Below, piece after piece: positions 1 to 9,649 of a DNA stretch of 64,000 nt. The notes under the pieces were generated by a model. It saw only the letters and a list, made by a program, of their open reading frames with translations, did no database searches and was not told the DNA's origin. Source of the stretch: Vicinamibacterales bacterium (GTDB lineage Bacteria; Acidobacteriota; Vicinamibacteria; Vicinamibacterales; UBA2999); NCBI GenBank assembly GCA_041659285.1, contig JBAZYO010000018.1, forward strand, positions 14,181-78,180. The letters are read 5' to 3'. Both the position numbers and the translations under genes were made by a program. Each line of letters starts with the position of its first letter. The first letter of the stretch is position 1.

Positions 1-116
1 CGGTGCCATCATCTCGATGTGCCGCGCGGCTCATTTGGCGCGTTGGGCGGGCCGGGCAGACCGCCGTCTGACGAGGGAGCGGATCGCGCACACCACAGAA
101 ACGGATAGCACATTGC

Positions 117-854
117 ATGTCGGGAATTGAAGACAAGGTCGTCGTAATCACGGGCGCAAGCAGCGGAATTGGCGAGGCGACTGCGCTCTTGCTCGCCGAG
201 CGCGGTGCGAAGGTCGTACTTGGCGCGCGACGCCCGGAACTCCTTAAGGCACTTGCTGACCGTATCGCGAGAACGGGTGGCGAGGCAGCCTACGCGCGCA
301 CAGACGTCAAACGGCGCAACGACGTGTCCGACCTCGTCAAGTTGGCATGCGAACGGTACGGCAAGATTGACGTGCTCGTCAACAATGCGGGCATTGCACC
401 GATCTCTCCGCTCGACGACCTGCGCGTCGCGGAGTGGGAGGAGATGATCGATATCAACATCAAAGGCGTTTTGTACGGCATCGCGGCAGCGCTGCCGGTA
501 TTCCGCAAGCAAGGTTTCGGGCATTTCGTCAACACCGCTTCTACAGCAGGACACAAGACCGTGCCGAACCAATCGGTCTACTCCGGCACGAAGTTCGCCG
601 TGCGCGCCATCTCTGAGGGCTTGCGCCAGGAGGCCGGTGATCGGCTGCGCGTAACGATCATTTCGCCCGGCTTCGTGCGGACAGACCTTGTGGACACTGT
701 GGCGAATCCGGAGCTGAGGGCCCAGCTCACCGAGTCCAGGGACAAGTTTGCGATTCCGCCGGAGGCGATCGCCCGCGCCATTGTGTTCGCGATCGAGCAG
801 CCGGCCGATGTTGACGTGGGCGAGATAATTGTCCGTCCCACTGCGCAGGGTTAA
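117..854 (+). CDS. SDR-family short-chain dehydrogenase/reductase
   Basis: 245-aa ORF. Has the N-terminal Rossmann motif TGASSGIG and the catalytic YSGTK (YxxxK) motif. Confidence 0.9.
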   Translation: MSGIEDKVVVITGASSGIGEATALLLAERGAKVVLGARRPELLKALADRIARTGGEAAYARTDVKRRNDVSDLVKLACERYGKIDVLVNNAGIAPISPLDDLRVAEWEEMIDINIKGVLYGIAAALPVFRKQGFGHFVNTASTAGHKTVPNQSVYSGTKFAVRAISEGLRQEAGDRLRVTIISPGFVRTDLVDTVANPELRAQLTESRDKFAIPPEAIARAIVFAIEQPADVDVGEIIVRPTAQG

Positions 855-951
855 CTCCGCCTCACCAACAAAGCCTCGCGTGCGCGGACCGCCCGACAGG
901 GCATGCAGCCGACGAGCGGCAAGTCGTTACTCGGACACGCTCCTGGACAGA

Positions 952-1347
952 CTAGGGGCTCAGTACAACAGGAACAATCACCCTGGAGGCCGGCGGACCG
1001 CCCGAGGCGCTCGGCTCGATCACTTCGAGATAGGCGAGCGTCGGCCTGGTCACCTTCGCGGTCACCGTGAACGACAGCGGGCCGGGGCCATCCACGCCAC
1101 CGCCCTTCGCCGTGCCCCTCGCCAGCTCCTTGCCGCCGCGGACGGTCAGCGTCCACACCACGGTGCTCTCGAAGGTCCGCGAGCAGCCCGTGACGGCGAA
1201 TCCGCCCTTCACCTTCGCGCCCGCGGCCGGCGCGGTCACCATCACGAACGGCTCGTCTTTCGGCACGTCGGCGCACGGCGTCTGCGCGAACGCCGGCGAA
1301 GCGTAGATGGCGGAGAGCATGACGACCAGCGTGAGTACTCGTGACAT
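952..1347 (-). CDS. Small secreted Ig-like (Gmad2-type) domain protein
   Basis: 131-aa ORF with a signal peptide (LSAIYASPAFA-QT). The beta-rich body has the G.FAVTG...FESTV pattern typical of Gmad2-like Ig domains. Lies 4 nt downstream of the preceding gene on the same strand. Confidence 0.55.
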   Translation of the reverse strand: MSRVLTLVVMLSAIYASPAFAQTPCADVPKDEPFVMVTAPAAGAKVKGGFAVTGCSRTFESTVVWTLTVRGGKELARGTAKGGGVDGPGPLSFTVTAKVTRPTLAYLEVIEPSASGGPPASRVIVPVVLSP

Positions 1348-1350
1348 CTG

Positions 1351-2184
1351 TCAGTCCTTCCTGGCGAGGAGGTAGCGCCCGAAGCCGGCATCCCGCTGCA
1401 GCACGAAGTCCACGGCGCGGTAGCCCTTGGCGAAGTAGGCCTGGAACATCTGCCGCACATGCATGCGCCACTGCAGCGCGCGATCCGGGGCCTGCTGCTG
1501 CATCTGGGTAAAACCGGTGGGGATCTCGATCCACAGCCGCCGTTGGTCCACCGTGAGGTCGATGCTCTTGACCTCGCGCCAGTCGCCCTCGATGGCCGTG
1601 ACGTTCACCACCGGCGCCTCCCCTACCTCATGAGACCGGGCCCGCGGGCCGGGGGTTTGCTCCAGCCGCCGCATCACGTGCGGGTCGGCGATGCGCCAGC
1701 TGACGATCAGGCGATCAGTGGGCGTGCCGCGGTGGAGCGCGCTGGTCGATTCGCCGTAGAAATTCTCGGCGTACTCCTCGACCACGCCGCCCAGCTTGGC
1801 GAAGTTGAGGTGCGCGTTCATGGCCTGCATGGGGTCGAAGGTCCACTCGATCAGCTCGTAGCCCTGCGCCAGCGCGCGGTCGCGCTGCTCCAGCTTCAAG
1901 CGGTAGCCCAGGCCGCCCCGGTATTCCGGGAGCACGCCCGTCATGTGGGACCACTGCATCGGCCGGCCGTCCTTCATGCCCACCACCGCGTAGGCGAAGC
2001 CAACCATGTGGCCGGATGGATTGAACGCGCCGAGCAGCGTGGCGCCGCGCTTCACGGTGAAGATGAACACCGGGATCGTCACCACGTCGGCGCTGTCGGT
2101 GTAGCCCCAGATGGAATGCTCGAGGTCCACCACCTGGCGGAACTCCTCGATTGTCTTGAGGTCGCGAATGCGGATGTCAGTCAT
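1351..2184 (-). CDS. GNAT-fold acetyltransferase-like protein (function unknown)
   Basis: 277-aa ORF with strong coding bias. The central region (GVLPEYRGGLGYRLKLEQR...YELIEWTFDP) resembles the GNAT acetyl-CoA binding core. Confidence 0.7.
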   Translation of the reverse strand: MTDIRIRDLKTIEEFRQVVDLEHSIWGYTDSADVVTIPVFIFTVKRGATLLGAFNPSGHMVGFAYAVVGMKDGRPMQWSHMTGVLPEYRGGLGYRLKLEQRDRALAQGYELIEWTFDPMQAMNAHLNFAKLGGVVEEYAENFYGESTSALHRGTPTDRLIVSWRIADPHVMRRLEQTPGPRARSHEVGEAPVVNVTAIEGDWREVKSIDLTVDQRRLWIEIPTGFTQMQQQAPDRALQWRMHVRQMFQAYFAKGYRAVDFVLQRDAGFGRYLLARKD

Positions 2185-2208
2185 TGAAACGAGCCGCGTC
2201 TTTCGTGG

Positions 2209-2898
2209 TTAGAGAACATCGGTCAGTTGCGCGAGCGTTTGGATCATCGGCACGTTCGCCGGCAGGGCCGGCGGCGCCTCTCCGGACCGGCGGAGGAGCA
2301 CGGCGCGCATGCCCGCCTGGAGCGCGCCCTCGACATCATGCTTCAGGCTGTCGCCCACCATCAGCGATTCGGTGGCGCGCACGCCCGCGCGCTCGAGCGC
2401 GGCGTCGAAGATGCTGCGGTGCGGCTTCATGTAGCCGTGTTCCGCCGACGACACCGACACGCGGATCAGGCCGGTCAGCGAGAAGTGCTCGGAAAAGGCG
2501 ACCAGGCTGCGATGGGAGTTCGAGATCACGCCGACCGTCAGGCCGCTCTCATGCAGGCTCCTCAACGCCGGCGCCGCATCGTCGTACATCTCGAAGTGGT
2601 GGTTCACCGCCCACTGATCGTAGATCTGCCGCGCCACTTCCACGACGTTAGCGCCGCGGCCGCCCATGTGCTCGATGATCGACGCGGTGTAGTCGATGAA
2701 GAGGTCGTGGTTGTAGATCTGCTCCTCGGCCTCGTCGAGAATGAAAGCCGAGGCTGCGGTCGCGAGGTCGAACCGCGACGGATCGACCTCGACCCCCATG
2801 GCCGCGCAGGCGAGGCGGTAGCCCTCGGCCTGGAACATCGGACCGGGGTAGATCAGGGTGAAATCGACGTCGAAGAAAACGGCGCGGAGGGTGGTCAC
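2209..2898 (-). CDS. HAD-superfamily hydrolase (subfamily IA-like)
   Basis: Has the DxD nucleophile motif FFDVDFTL, plus the VISNS and MVGDSLKHD motifs. The track ORF extends to 2922. A GTG at 2896-2898 forms a GTGA overlap with the upstream M16 stop and puts the DxD motif at the usual N-terminal distance. Confidence 0.85.
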   Translation of the reverse strand: MTTLRAVFFDVDFTLIYPGPMFQAEGYRLACAAMGVEVDPSRFDLATAASAFILDEAEEQIYNHDLFIDYTASIIEHMGGRGANVVEVARQIYDQWAVNHHFEMYDDAAPALRSLHESGLTVGVISNSHRSLVAFSEHFSLTGLIRVSVSSAEHGYMKPHRSIFDAALERAGVRATESLMVGDSLKHDVEGALQAGMRAVLLRRSGEAPPALPANVPMIQTLAQLTDVL

Positions 2899-4163
2899 GG
2901 GTTCGGCGGAGAGGGCTGCCACGGCCCGGCCACGGCGATGGTGGCGCGAGCGGGATCGAGCAACCGGCGCGCGCTGTCGTTGGCGGCCTCGAGCGTCACC
3001 GACTGAATCAGGCCAGGCAAGCGGACATCGTAATCCAGTCCCAGGCCGAAGAACTCGGCGTTCAGCAGGAACGAGGCGATGGCGGCATTGGTTTCGAGCT
3101 GCCGCGGCAGCGACCCCACCAGGTAGCCCTTCGACTCGTCGATCTCCTGCGCGGTGAAGCCCGACTGCAGGACGGCGGCCAGCTCCGTGTCGATCGAGGC
3201 GATGGCCTTCTCGACGTTGGCGGCCGAGACGCCGGCGCGAATGGTGAACGGCCCGGCGCCCAGGCTGGCGTCGAGCGAGCTGAATACGTAGTAGGCCATG
3301 CCTTGCCGCTCGCGAATGCTGTCGCCGAGGCGTCCGCCAATGGCGTATTGGCCGAGGGCGTTGTTCATCACCGAATACGCGGTGTAGTCGGGATTCGAGC
3401 GGCGGATGCCGACGAAGCCATACGCGATGTCGGCCTGCGCCTTGTTCATCATCGGCACGGTGACGAGGCGGCGCTCGCTGGGCGCAATCGCGTCGGGAAT
3501 GGCGGCGGCCGCTTCGGCGACAACTGAAGCCCAGTCACCGAACACCTTGCTGATCGCCGCGACGGCCGCTTCCTCCTCGACGTCGCCGACGACGACGACC
3601 GTGATGGCGCCCGGCTGGAAGCCCTTCTGGTAGAACCGCACCAGGTCTTGCCGCTTGATGCCCTCGACCGATGCCACCGTGCCGCGCACCTTGCGCGCGT
3701 AGGGGTGCGGGCCGTAGAGCGCGAGGTTGAACGCATCCACCGCCATCGGCGCCGGATTGTCTTCGTCCTGGCGGATCGAGGTGATCAGATCCGCCCGGCG
3801 CGTGTTCACCTCGGCCTCCGGAAAGGCCGGGTGGCGAGCGATGTCGGCGGCCAGGGTGAGCACCGATCCGAAATCGTCGGCCAGGCACGTGGCGCTGATC
3901 GCCATCTGGTGGCGGCCGGCCACGACCGACAGCGACGCGCCGCGGCCGTCGAGGTCGTCGGCAATCACCTCCGCGGGCCGCGTCACGGTGCCGCGATCGA
4001 GCACGCGCGCGCACAGGGCGGCGGTGCCTTCGCGATCGGGGGGATCGGAGTAGGCGCCGGCACGGACGCCGACCAGCAGGCTCACGGCGGGCGTCGTGTG
4101 ATTCGCTTTGGCAATCACCGTGACGCCGTTGTCGAGGACGCGTTGCGTCGGATTCAGACCCAT
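2895..4163 (-). CDS. M16-family peptidase, non-catalytic (beta-like) subunit
   Basis: Pitrilysin-family fold with no HxxEH motif. The start was moved to the internal ATG (MGLNPTQRVLDNGVTV...); the upstream in-frame extension is R/G-rich non-coding-like sequence. Lies 18 nt downstream of its catalytic partner. Confidence 0.85.
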   Translation of the reverse strand: MGLNPTQRVLDNGVTVIAKANHTTPAVSLLVGVRAGAYSDPPDREGTAALCARVLDRGTVTRPAEVIADDLDGRGASLSVVAGRHQMAISATCLADDFGSVLTLAADIARHPAFPEAEVNTRRADLITSIRQDEDNPAPMAVDAFNLALYGPHPYARKVRGTVASVEGIKRQDLVRFYQKGFQPGAITVVVVGDVEEEAAVAAISKVFGDWASVVAEAAAAIPDAIAPSERRLVTVPMMNKAQADIAYGFVGIRRSNPDYTAYSVMNNALGQYAIGGRLGDSIRERQGMAYYVFSSLDASLGAGPFTIRAGVSAANVEKAIASIDTELAAVLQSGFTAQEIDESKGYLVGSLPRQLETNAAIASFLLNAEFFGLGLDYDVRLPGLIQSVTLEAANDSARRLLDPARATIAVAGPWQPSPPNP

Positions 4164-4180
4164 GACGTGTTCACCAAGCC

Positions 4181-5467
4181 TCAAGCCCCAAGCCCGGTGA
4201 TCGGCTCGAACCACCCGATGGTGCGATTCGCGGGCGTCAGGTACTTCACCGCCGCGGCATGCACGGCCTCCGGAGTGACCGCTGCCAGCCGGGCGCGCAG
4301 CTCGTGATAGCCGCGCCACGATCCGATGGTTTCGAAGTAGCCCAACTGGTGCGCGATGTCGGTCACGCTGTCGCCGTCGTAGACGAATCGCGCCCGCAAC
4401 TGGGCGTTGACCTTGGCGAACTCCGCCGGCGTGATGCCGCCCTGCTGCAGGCGCTCCACTTCCTTGAGCACCACGTCTTCCACGGCCGCGAGCGACTTGC
4501 CTTCGGCCACGCTCGCGTTGATCGAATACAGGTAGGGATGCTCGGTCGGCATCAGGGCCCCGCCCACGCTGGAGGCGAGGCCGCCATCGACGAGCGCGCG
4601 GTAGAGCCGGGCGCTGCGCTGCGGCCGCGACACGCCACCCATCGACCAGATGTTGAGGCCGGCGGCGCCGTTGAGCACGGCGTCGGCCACCAGCAGCGGG
4701 AAGAACGCCTCGTCGGCGAACGCCGGGGCGTGAAACACGGCCTTCCAGTACGCCGTGGTGCCTTCCTTGCGCAGCACCACGCGCCGTTCCGCCTGCTGCT
4801 CGGGCTCCACCTGGCGGACGCGGGCCGGGCGCGATCCCGGGGCAATGCCGCCAAACTGCGCCTGCACGCGCTTCACCACGTCATCGCCATCGACATCGCC
4901 GACCACGACGATGGTGGCGTTGGAGGGGACGTAGTAGCGGCGATAGTGGCCGTAGAGGTCGTCGCGCGTCATGGTCTGCAGATCCGACAGCCAGCCGATG
5001 GTCGGGTGGTGGTACGGATGCACCTTGAAGGCGGCGGCGGTAACTTCGGTGTCGAGCAGCTGCTCCGGGTCGTTCTCGCCGCCGTGCAGCTCCGAGATGA
5101 TCACGGTCCGCTCCGACTCGCAGTCGGCGGGGTCGTAGAGGCACCCGTCCATGCGCTCGGCCTCGATGAACAGCATCCGATCCAGCGCGTCCTTGGAGGC
5201 GGTTTCCAGGTAGGTGGTCTGGTCGATCCAGGTGTAGCCGTTCCAGCTCCCCCCGAATTTCTCGATGATGCCCTTCACCTGGTCGCGGGGAATGTTGCGG
5301 GTCCCCTTGAAGTTCATGTGCTCGACCCAATGCGAGACGCCGGTGACGCCCGGGGTCTCGTCCTTGGACCCGACGCGATACCAGCACCACACCGACGCCA
5401 GCGGGGCGGTGTGGACCTCCTGCACGAGGACCTTCAAACCGTTGTCGAGGACCGTCTCGCGAACCAT
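4181..5467 (-). CDS. M16-family zinc peptidase, catalytic subunit
   Basis: 428-aa ORF with the inverted zincin motif HWVEH (HxxEH) near the N-terminus. Confidence 0.9.
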   Translation of the reverse strand: MVRETVLDNGLKVLVQEVHTAPLASVWCWYRVGSKDETPGVTGVSHWVEHMNFKGTRNIPRDQVKGIIEKFGGSWNGYTWIDQTTYLETASKDALDRMLFIEAERMDGCLYDPADCESERTVIISELHGGENDPEQLLDTEVTAAAFKVHPYHHPTIGWLSDLQTMTRDDLYGHYRRYYVPSNATIVVVGDVDGDDVVKRVQAQFGGIAPGSRPARVRQVEPEQQAERRVVLRKEGTTAYWKAVFHAPAFADEAFFPLLVADAVLNGAAGLNIWSMGGVSRPQRSARLYRALVDGGLASSVGGALMPTEHPYLYSINASVAEGKSLAAVEDVVLKEVERLQQGGITPAEFAKVNAQLRARFVYDGDSVTDIAHQLGYFETIGSWRGYHELRARLAAVTPEAVHAAAVKYLTPANRTIGWFEPITGLGA

Positions 5468-5498
5468 TTCCCTTCAACAGTACAATAGACAGATAGCC

Positions 5499-8270
5499 AT
5501 GTCCGACTGGAAAGAGACCTGCAACCTGCCGCGGACGTCCTTCTCGATGAAGGCGAACCTGCAAACCACCGAGCCGGAAACCATCGCCCGCTGGGACGAG
5601 ATGGATTTGTACGGGCAGATTCGGGCGGCGCGCAAGGGCGCGAAATCGTTCCTGCTGCACGACGGCCCGCCCTACGCCAACGGCGAGATTCACATCGGCA
5701 CGGCGCTCAACAAGATTCTCAAGGACCTGGTCGTCAAGTCGCACAACATGCTCGGCTTCGACGCGCCCTACCTGCCGGGCTGGGACTGCCATGGCCTGCC
5801 GATCGAACTGAAGGTGGACCGGGAGCTCGGGCCGAAGAAGAAGCAGATGAGCACGGCCGACTTCCGCCGCGCCTGCCGGGCCTACGCCGAGAAGTACCTC
5901 GACATCCAGCGGACCGGCTTCAAGCGCCTCGGCGTCATCGGCCTGTGGAACGACCCCTACAAGACGATGACGTTCACCTACCAGGCGTCGATCGTCCGCG
6001 CGCTCGGCAAGTTCGTCGAGCAGGACATGGTCTACAAGGGCAAGAAGCCCGTGCACTGGTGCACGCACTGCCGCACCGCGCTGGCCGAGGCCGAGGTCGA
6101 GTACGAGCCGCACACCTCGCCGTCGATCTACGTCGAGTTCCCGCTCAGTGACGACAGCCACGCCGAGCTGGCCCGGCGCGTGCCGGCGCTCGCCGGCCGC
6201 AAGGTGTCGGTGCTGATCTGGACGACCACGCCGTGGACGATCCCGTCGAACCTGGGCATCGCGTTCCACCCGGACTTCCAGTACGGCGCCTACGACGTGG
6301 ACGGCAAGGCCGTGATCATCGCCAAGGACCTCGCCGAAGCCGTGGGCAAGAAGACCGGCAAGGCCTTTGACACTCTGCTGGCCTCGTTCGAAGGCAAGGC
6401 CATGGAACGGCTGGTGTTCCGTCATCCGCTGTACGCGCGCGACTCGCTGGGCGTGCTCGGCGACTACGTCACGCTCGAAGCCGGCACCGGCGCGGTGCAC
6501 ACCGCGCCCGGCCACGGCGCCGACGACTATCACAGCGGGGTCAAGTACGGCCTCGAGATCTACGCGCCGCTCGACCCCGGCGGGCACTACAACGAGTCGG
6601 TCGAGTTGTTTGCCGGACTCAAGGTGTGGGACGCCAACCCCAAGGTGGAGGCCGCGCTCAAGGAGCGGGGCTTGCTGTGGTCGCGTGAGGACTTCGAGCA
6701 TTCCTACCCGCACTGCTGGCGGTGCCACAGCCCGGTGATCTTCCTCGCCACCGCGCAGTGGTTCATCGCCATGGACGCCCAGCACCTGCGCGAGCGCGCG
6801 CTCAAGGCGATCAACGACACCCGCTGGATCCCGTCGTGGGGCCAGGCCCGCATCGAGGGCATGATCGCCAACCGGCCCGACTGGTGCATCTCGCGCCAGC
6901 GCGTGTGGGGCGTGCCGATCCCGGCCATGGACTGCGTCAAGTGCGGCCACCCGGTGCTCACCAAGGCGCTCGTCGACAAGGCCGCGGCGGTGTTCGACGT
7001 CTACGGCGCCGACGCCTGGTACGAACGGCCGGTCGAGGAATTCGTGCCGGCCGGCATGGCCTGCACCGAGTGCGGCGGCACCGAGTTCGAGCGCGAGGGC
7101 AACATCCTCGACGTGTGGTTTGACTCGGGCTCGAGCCACGAGGCCGTGCTGCCCTTCCGCGCCGACCATCACTGGCCGGCCGACATCTACCTCGAAGGCA
7201 GCGACCAGCACCGCGGCTGGTTCCACAGCTCGCTGCTGGTCGGCATCGGCACGCGCGGGCGGGCGCCCTTCAACCAGGTGCTCACGCACGGCTTCGTCAT
7301 GGACGAGCAGGGCCGCAAGATGTCCAAGTCGATCGGCAACACCGTGTCGCCGCAGGACATCATCAAGCAGGGCGGCTCCGAGATCCTGCGGCTGTGGGTG
7401 TCGATGGTGGACTACCGCGAAGACATCCGCATCGGCAAGGAGATCCTCGCCCGCACGGTCGAGGCGTATCGCAAGATCCGCAACGTCATCCGCGTGCTGG
7501 TGGCGAACCTCTACGACTTCGATCCCAAAGACGACGTCTTGCCGAAGGCGCGCATGCAGGAGATCGACCGCTGGGCGCTGGCGAAGTACGCCGACGCCGC
7601 CGAGCGGATCGTCAAGGCCTACGAGGATTACGACTACCCCGGCATCTTCCAGGCCGCCAACCACCTGATCACCGTGGACCTGAGCGCGTTCTACATCGAC
7701 GTGACCAAGGACCGGATGTACACCTTCGGCGCCAGGTCGGAAGCCCGTCGCTCGGGCCAGACCGCGATGTTCATCATCGTTGACGGCCTCGCCCGCCTGC
7801 TCGCGCCCATCCTCTCGGTGACGATGGACGAGTTGTGGCGGATGCTGCCGGGCGATCGTGAAGCCTCGGTGCACATGGCGCTGTTCCCCACCGGCCTCGA
7901 GCAGTGGAAGGACGAGACGTTGATCGAACGTTTCCATGCCTTGGCGGCGTATCGGGACACGGTGAATCTCCAACTGGAAGCCAAGCGGAAGGACAAGACG
8001 ATAACCGCCAACCTGTCTGCGAAAGTCCGGGTAACCGCGGACGGGGAAAACGCCAAGTGGCTCGCGGACTCTGCGGACTTCCTGCCGACCCTTTTTGGCG
8101 TGTCCGAAGTGGAACTTGACTCTGGACCTTTTGCTGTCTCTGTCGAGCTCGCCACCGGCATCAAGTGCGAGCGCTGCTGGCGTTACGTTCCCGACGTGAG
8201 CCAGCAACCCGATCGCGCCGGCCTGTGCCCGCGCTGCGTCGAAGCCCTGGCCGAGCCGGTGAGTCTCTAA
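5499..8270 (+). CDS. ileS: Isoleucine--tRNA ligase
   Basis: Has a class I signature PYANGEIHIGT (HIGH variant) and KMSKS, plus a C-terminal Zn ribbon (CERCWRY...CPRCVEAL). The start was set at the ATG of MSDWKETCNLP; the 78 upstream in-frame codons overlap the divergent gene. Confidence 0.97.
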   Translation: MSDWKETCNLPRTSFSMKANLQTTEPETIARWDEMDLYGQIRAARKGAKSFLLHDGPPYANGEIHIGTALNKILKDLVVKSHNMLGFDAPYLPGWDCHGLPIELKVDRELGPKKKQMSTADFRRACRAYAEKYLDIQRTGFKRLGVIGLWNDPYKTMTFTYQASIVRALGKFVEQDMVYKGKKPVHWCTHCRTALAEAEVEYEPHTSPSIYVEFPLSDDSHAELARRVPALAGRKVSVLIWTTTPWTIPSNLGIAFHPDFQYGAYDVDGKAVIIAKDLAEAVGKKTGKAFDTLLASFEGKAMERLVFRHPLYARDSLGVLGDYVTLEAGTGAVHTAPGHGADDYHSGVKYGLEIYAPLDPGGHYNESVELFAGLKVWDANPKVEAALKERGLLWSREDFEHSYPHCWRCHSPVIFLATAQWFIAMDAQHLRERALKAINDTRWIPSWGQARIEGMIANRPDWCISRQRVWGVPIPAMDCVKCGHPVLTKALVDKAAAVFDVYGADAWYERPVEEFVPAGMACTECGGTEFEREGNILDVWFDSGSSHEAVLPFRADHHWPADIYLEGSDQHRGWFHSSLLVGIGTRGRAPFNQVLTHGFVMDEQGRKMSKSIGNTVSPQDIIKQGGSEILRLWVSMVDYREDIRIGKEILARTVEAYRKIRNVIRVLVANLYDFDPKDDVLPKARMQEIDRWALAKYADAAERIVKAYEDYDYPGIFQAANHLITVDLSAFYIDVTKDRMYTFGARSEARRSGQTAMFIIVDGLARLLAPILSVTMDELWRMLPGDREASVHMALFPTGLEQWKDETLIERFHALAAYRDTVNLQLEAKRKDKTITANLSAKVRVTADGENAKWLADSADFLPTLFGVSEVELDSGPFAVSVELATGIKCERCWRYVPDVSQQPDRAGLCPRCVEALAEPVSL

Positions 8271-8334
8271 TGAACTGCTTCGAACACCAAGATGGCCGCT
8301 CCGTTGTCGCGGCCCGATTTCAGGCCGTGACCTT

Positions 8335-8838
8335 TTGGTAGGCGTGCTGGCTTCACGTCGCCTCGAACTCTACGTCGCGGTGACCGTGGTGATCCTCGAT
8401 CAGATCACCAAGGCCCTGGTCCGGCCGGCGCTCGCGCTCCACGAGAGCATGGTCGTCATCCCCGGCTACGTGGACCTGACCCGCGTGCACAACACCGGCG
8501 CGGCGTTCGGCATGCTCAACTCGGTGGATTTTCCGCTGAAGACGGTGGTGCTGTCGCTGGTCGCCCTCATCGCCCTGGGCGGCGTCGCATGGTACGCTGC
8601 TACCGTGCCGCTGGCCGATCGGCTGGCCCGCATCGGCATTGCCGGCGTGCTCGGCGGCGCCGTCGGCAACCTGATCGACCGGGCGACGGCCGGCTACGTG
8701 CTGGATTTCGTGGACGCCTATTGGAACGGGTGGCACTTCTGGGCCTTCAACGTGGCCGATGCCGCCATCACGGTGGGCGTGATCTTCATGATTCTCGATA
8801 TTCTTGGGCTGGGACGCCGTGCATCCAATTCTGTTTAA
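8335..8838 (+). CDS. lspA: Lipoprotein signal peptidase II
   Basis: 167-aa membrane protein with LDQITK, NTGAAFG and FNVAD motifs. Follows ileS as in many bacteria. The start codon (TTG at 8335 or GTG at 8344) is uncertain. Confidence 0.9.
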   Translation: MVGVLASRRLELYVAVTVVILDQITKALVRPALALHESMVVIPGYVDLTRVHNTGAAFGMLNSVDFPLKTVVLSLVALIALGGVAWYAATVPLADRLARIGIAGVLGGAVGNLIDRATAGYVLDFVDAYWNGWHFWAFNVADAAITVGVIFMILDILGLGRRASNSV

Positions 8839-9649
8839 CGCTGGGCCGATCACCATTTACTCCTACGGCGTGCTGCTGGCCGCCGCGTATCTCGCCGGCC
8901 TCTGGCTGGCGGTGAAGCGCGCGCGCGCCGCCGGCATCGACGGCAACCGGATCATGGACCTGCTGATCTGGGTGATCATCGCCGCCCTGGTCGGCGCCAA
9001 GGCGCTGCTGTTCATCGTTGACTACCAGCACTTCACCAGCAGCTGGGAGGAGTTCACCACGCTGTTGCGATCGGGCGGCGTCTTCTACGGCGGCCTGATC
9101 GCCGCCATCGTCGTCTGCATCTACCAGTTGCGGAAGCACCGGCTGGCGCTGTGGCCGTCGGCCGACCTGTTCGCGCCCGGCATCGCCCTCGGCTACATGG
9201 TGGGCCGCCTCGGCTGCCTGATGGCCGGCTGCTGCTACGGCAAGCCGACCGAGGTGGCGTGGGCCATCACCTTCACCGACCCCGCCGCCAACTTCAACGT
9301 CGGCACGCCGCTCAACGTGGCGCTGCACCCGACGCAGCTCTACGAGTCGGCCGCCGGCCTGGTCATTCTGGTCGCGCTGCTCGCGCTCGAGAAGCGCCCG
9401 GGCTCGTTCGCCGGCCGTACGTTCTGGAGCTTCGCCTTCCTCTACTCGGTGCTCCGCTTCATCATCGAGTTCTTCCGCGGCGACGATCGCGGGCTGGTGT
9501 TCGACATGCTGTCGACGTCGCAGTTCATCTCGGTCGTGCTGGCCCCGCTGAGCCTGGTCATGCTGTGGTACCTGAGCCGCGCCAATCGTCCGGCCGCACC
9601 TGAAACAGCGGATGCCACGCGCGGTCCCCGGAAACCCCGGTTTGCATGA
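8804..9649 (+). CDS. lgt: Prolipoprotein diacylglyceryl transferase
   Basis: Polytopic membrane protein with YGVLLAAAYLAG, GRLGCLMAGCCYG and HPTQLYES motifs. The true start may be the GTG at 8819. Confidence 0.9.
   Translation: MGWDAVHPILFNAGPITIYSYGVLLAAAYLAGLWLAVKRARAAGIDGNRIMDLLIWVIIAALVGAKALLFIVDYQHFTSSWEEFTTLLRSGGVFYGGLIAAIVVCIYQLRKHRLALWPSADLFAPGIALGYMVGRLGCLMAGCCYGKPTEVAWAITFTDPAANFNVGTPLNVALHPTQLYESAAGLVILVALLALEKRPGSFAGRTFWSFAFLYSVLRFIIEFFRGDDRGLVFDMLSTSQFISVVLAPLSLVMLWYLSRANRPAAPETADATRGPRKPRFA

Noticed and set aside
1-116. Possible start of a minus-strand gene at about position 34 (ATGAGCCGCGCGGCACATCGA...) running off the left edge.
   Set aside because: Only about 11 codons are visible and there is no recognisable motif, so it cannot be supported.
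5265-5498. 78-codon N-terminal extension of the ileS ORF.
   Set aside because: The extension overlaps the divergent M16 peptidase gene. The conserved IleS N-terminus (MSDWKETCNLP...) begins at the ATG at 5499.
4881-8207. 1108-aa ORF antisense to ileS. Similar very long antisense ORFs occur at 17759-19594, 22562-25102, 32534-34768, 44735-46609, 49132-50808, 16178-17614, 59392-60579, 60991-62220 and 63279-63986.
   Set aside because: The translations are R/G/H/D/P-rich low-complexity strings with no motifs. They sit exactly opposite genes with unmistakable family signatures. Long stop-free antisense frames are the expected artefact of high-GC coding sequence.
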